From: Obrimoposthia wandeli
Taxonomy: Eukaryota
Reading direction: 5' to 3'
Assembly: GCA_977020255.1 (NCBI GenBank)
Contig: CDROCS010006332.1
Coordinates: forward strand, 1-64,000
Length of the DNA: 64,000 nt
The notes under the pieces were generated by a model. That model saw nothing but the letters and a program-made list of their open reading frames with translations, did not search any database and was not told the DNA's origin. The stretch's first letter is position 1, and every line of letters begins with the position of its first letter. Made by a program: the position numbers and the translations under genes. Positions 59,812 through 64,000 of the stretch are shown piece after piece.

Positions 59812-60546
59812 TGAATTTTAATTTTTTAAATGAGAAGAAGCAAAAAATTGATTGATGATTTTGTCAATGAGTACGCAGATTGAGAAATGTTAAAAAGTAC
59901 AAAAAGGGATATAGAAAGTCTGGGTCGTATTGTTGCAAATCGGAAGTGTACACGCAGTCAAATCGCATAAAAGTGCATTTAGGGAGTCCACCTCGGCATA
60001 AATTGGACCAGGGAGTCACAGCCCCCTCAAACTTGCTTGTTAAGATCAAATAAATCTGCCAGACCACGTGAAGACGTTGCTAGTTCTTTGTCCGTGCTCT
60101 TAGCCAGTCTGGGCTATCAGTATCATTGGCAGGCGAGCCTGTGGGAGAAATGTCCGGTGAATTCTGATTATATCAATTAGGGCAGAAATATGGAGTGGAA
60201 AATGAGGAAAAAGGTTTGAAAAGCAGCACAAAAAGATATCTCAATTTGAGTCTGCTGCTGAAGATTCAAACCTATGAAATCAGAGTTCCTACCATACCAG
60301 ATATCCCCCAACTGACACCATGCAGCTGAGACGGGTCTAGCAAATCTCGCGTCCTAGACAAGAACCAAAGTTTAGCCTTTGGAAAGAAAATTGTATTCAC
60401 GTAGAAAAAAATGCAGTAAATAACAAATACCTCAGTCTTAGCCAATAATTCTTATTACAGAAAATAAATAATTGTTTTAGAAATTCCTTTTACTTGGTTT
60501 TAATCCGCAAAATTGTCAAAGATTTCATCAAAACTTATTTTGTCTG

Positions 60547-61255
60547 CTATATCTGCTGCAAGTGAGAAGATGCTGAAATCGTCATTGGCGCTAATTTGAT
60601 CTCAATTAACAAAAATGAGCCCCACGCAGATGTCACTGATTTTGTTAGAACAATTTGTAGCACTATTTCAAAATCCGGAAATATTTGTCGAAAATGCTCT
60701 GCCTCTTGGTGCTCAAAGCTGCACATATCAGAGCAAACCTCTTGAGCATTAAAACCGCAGCTAAACTTTAGTGACTTGTCTTTTGGTGTTTTAACAAGAT
60801 CGCTCAAGTGGGGTTCGACATTTCTTCTTTCGTATAGGTCTAACGTTTTTCTATTCATTGACATTATAAAAATATTTTTAGATCCGTAAAATCTCTTTAC
60901 CAAGAAACATCCAAGGAGGCTAGTGAGGACAACCGCTCTGAAATCGGGTCATGGGACCGCATGTGCTCTGAGTCGAGATTGTAACGAGGAAACCCCATTT
61001 TTGACTAGAACAAATCTGTGGTATGACTCAGCTGCTGATTTTGTAAGATGAAGCATCGCGTTTTGATATAATTGTCAAAGTTTCCATGTCTCCTCTACCT
61101 GTGGAGAATTGCTGCAGCCAATGTCTCTTTTGCTCCCCAAGCTCATAATCATGGAGCTTGGCATATCTAAACTGACTTTCATATTGCAATATTATCAAAG
61201 AACGAGAATCAAGTCTTTCTAAGTAATCTTTCAAAAATATGCGAAATGTAGCCAA
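60547..61255 (-). pseudogene. hAT transposase C-terminal remnant
   Basis: FPDFEIVLQIVLTKSVTSA resembles the hAT dimerisation motif FP...A....LT.P.TSA. Confidence 0.5.
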
Positions 61256-64000
61256 GTTTCCTATTCCCCAGTCTCAAGGGAAATGCTGCCGAAAACTTGG
61301 CAAAGAGTGTGTATGTGGAGGTTTGCAATTAATTAATAGATAATTATAGAGTAAAACTCCCGACCTGGCGTATCACTGGTGTCGCCTTGCCGAACACGCA
61401 CGAATCCGAAGAGAACAAGTGAATAAAAGTGAGGTAAAGATGTAAGGGAGAGTCGAAGCAGATCGAGTAGACCAATGAGGGCGATTAAAGCAGAAGTATA
61501 TCTTATTCTGACCCATCACACCCGGGAAAGTATTTTGTAACGCCGTTCGAACTGCTGGATTATTCACTTCCATTATCCTCACCATTATCCCCGTCTATTA
61601 CCGCTCGGATCGAGTGACGACCCAATTGCCCTTATTTCTACTCTCGCTTCTTCTTCTCGTTCCTGCGTTGATACCTACTGCTGATACCTCACGTTACTCA
61701 TTGTTTTCCCCTCTGCTGGTTGCCATACGCGTGGTCGGCCTTCCTCTAATTATGATAAAGAGGACAAGTACAAAAGCACGTATTTGAAATCTGGGCACTG
61801 ATCGTGCTTGTGTGAGGTTGTTTGTGTCGATTTGATCTGTGCACTTGTGGATTTCTTTTCCCATCTGATATTTTTACTTCCTGACACATACTTGAAATGC
61901 TAGCTTTCATAAATCTAAAATCCCATCAGGGGTAGGCCTTAAAATACTTGAAATTCTCCAGACGAAACCCTCAAGTCATTTATCATTTACTTCTACACAA
62001 ATGAACAGAATTTATATCACTGGTTGGGCAGAAGCACATTCTTACTCCCATAGCACGCCTTCTCATGTAAACCCTTCAGTAATGTTGGGGCTTGTTGTAG
62101 ATCTTGCTTTAAACTGAAGCGTGAAAGTTGTAAATATAAAGGAAGAATAAACTGCGAATTATCTGTGAAATAATTGCAGAATTTGTCGTATTAAGTAATT
62201 GTCGAAATGGCTGCCTGCATTCTAATTACTTCTGCAAACTGCAGTTTGTCGTGTCCCCTGCCGGTTTTGCTGAGGCAAACTCAGGACTGAGGCCGCAAGG
62301 TCGACAGTGTTGCCATAGCAGCGCTGCTTTATTCGCCAATGGAGAGTCAGCACTCTACTCGGAGTCTGTGACAAACTGAAGCGCTGCTGCCATTGGATTT
62401 CTCGAGTCTAAGTCACAGAGTCACGGAGTAGCAGAGTCGCAGAGCCCAACAGTCATTCTGCTTGTGACAAAATCAAATGAAGATCAGTTTCTTCCTCAAG
62501 GTGAGATTTGTTGTCCCTCTTTTGTAGTAACAGCAGTCACCTTCTATGACCTGAAGAATAAAATATGTATCCCATTATCAACCTTAATCGTATTTTAATT
62601 CACCAAAGATTCTTCGATATTTGCATTAGTTGTTTCTTAGAAATTCTTAAATTAATATTTGTTCACATCCATTATTAATCAATGAACATTTACATCAAAT
62701 CGAGTAGCTACTTAAGAATACAAATAATTTGAATATAGTATTAAAAGTTATAGCAAACGAAATAGCGTTACCAATTTTATGGAGCTGATATTTACGCTTG
62801 TTGGTGAATGGGTAACCAGAGGAAGATCCTTTACTAAATACAGCAGATAAATTAAGAGGGATTTATAAAATGTTATCAAATTCTTCTTACAGTGACCGCT
62901 ACAGCTCCAAATGAACATAATGCAGAGCTGTTTATTTAATGCAGAGATCGTTCCTCAAAATCGAAACATCGATGGTTGAGTTTCTTCAGAGGGTGCACCG
63001 TTATTTGTCCACCTCGCTCAGAGATTGGTTGGTAGCTTGGTAGTGTAAAGATAAGGGACTGAATTTCTCACCTTGTCCGATCTCCAAGATATGCGAGATC
63101 AGCAGAAATTCCTTCATACTTAATCATTTTAATTTTATAGATTAATAACATCAAATTTGCGACGAATATTTGCTTAAAATTTGCTACATTTATATATATA
63201 AAAAGAGAAAACAAGTAATATAAACTGTTTAACACTCTTGCTCTAAGTTTGAAGTTTTTCAGATTAAATGCGCATTTAGGTTTCTTAAAAATGTTATTTT
63301 ATATAGGTTAAACAATGTTGAATTTGAAAATAAAATTAACTATTTTAAAAATTATAATATTGGTTAAAAGATAAATGTTACCTCCAAATATTTCACATGC
63401 ATTGATATTTTTAAATAAAGCTTTATTTATATGAAAACATGAGTATATTTTATTTATAAATATAACCTACATAGATAATCTTTAAAATATTTCTTTCAAT
63501 TGCAGTTTTGTTTGAAATTTGGACTATTTAAAACAATTTTTAAAAAATTATAAAATCGTTTAGTTAATCTTTTCATTTAAACCTGATTATTTAATATTCC
63601 GAGGTCACAGTTGAGGCATTTCCTCAAATCGCTTCAAACAATACAGAATAAGAGGCGTATTTTATAAATTCCTCTATTTGGATAAACTATTTGAGTTTGT
63701 TAATTAAACTTGTTTTGCTTCATATTTTTTTAGGAATTTTATATTTGTTAAAAATAAGCTGAAATTATAATTTCTTCAAGCAACTCTCTTCTTGACTTTG
63801 TTAACTCTCAGTTGGGCACCAGAAAATCTACATCAAACATTTAACAGAAATAATCATCAATGCTCTCCCAAACCGTTGAAATTGACCTATTTATTTTTAA
63901 CACAAGATTACCCTGGAACCAACATTGAAACTTCATCCATTCGTAAAAGTTCGAAAGCATCAATCTGAAAATGTTCAGCTCTAAATAATAATATGAACTG

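Noticed and set aside
61373-61760. Possible retroviral-type protease remnant
   Set aside because: Lacks the D(T/S)G motif; the resemblance is too weak.
1-64000. Prokaryotic or phage origin of the capsid/ATPase/polymerase cluster
   Set aside because: Spliceosomal introns, CCAAT/TATA promoters, AATAAA signals, a chromodomain integrase and eukaryotic transposons all indicate a eukaryotic nuclear locus.

Overview
AT-rich eukaryotic (invertebrate-like) DNA. Many genes have GT-AG introns of only about 35-80 nt. No rRNA, tRNA or CRISPR was seen. The left half (1-29.5 kb) is a rearranged cluster of one Polinton/Maverick (adintovirus-like) family. The best copy (about 17.4-29.5 kb, with a detached pPolB N-terminus at 9.4-10.1 kb) has the whole core module: pPolB, adenain-type protease, major capsid, core protein, penton, rve integrase with chromodomain, a small GGF protein and an A32-like ATPase. 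Most core genes carry stops or frameshifts. Running on from the ATPase is an accessory arm of about 6 kb with a two-repeat TATA-binding-protein-like gene that is intact after splicing, a DEDD/Maelstrom-like nuclease, a RING-like protein, an AT-hook protein and several unknown ORFs. Several of these genes, and the protease, have spliceosomal introns, and three share a CCAAT-about 34 nt-TATA promoter layout. Pieces of the arm recur at 0-5.3, 7.4-8.5, 12.9-17.4 and 43.6-45.1 kb, often broken at AGTA(G/T)G-type termini. A 306-bp mini-element with similar termini and a perfect 6-bp TSD lies at 47.5 kb. The right half holds decayed gag, RLE non-LTR, Tc1, mariner and hAT remnants, minisatellites, a five-exon gene missed by the ORF track and an 11-mer-repeat protein. 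The 28.7-28.95 kb segment looks like an assembly consensus artefact. All protein assignments are motif recognition by eye; no database search was run.
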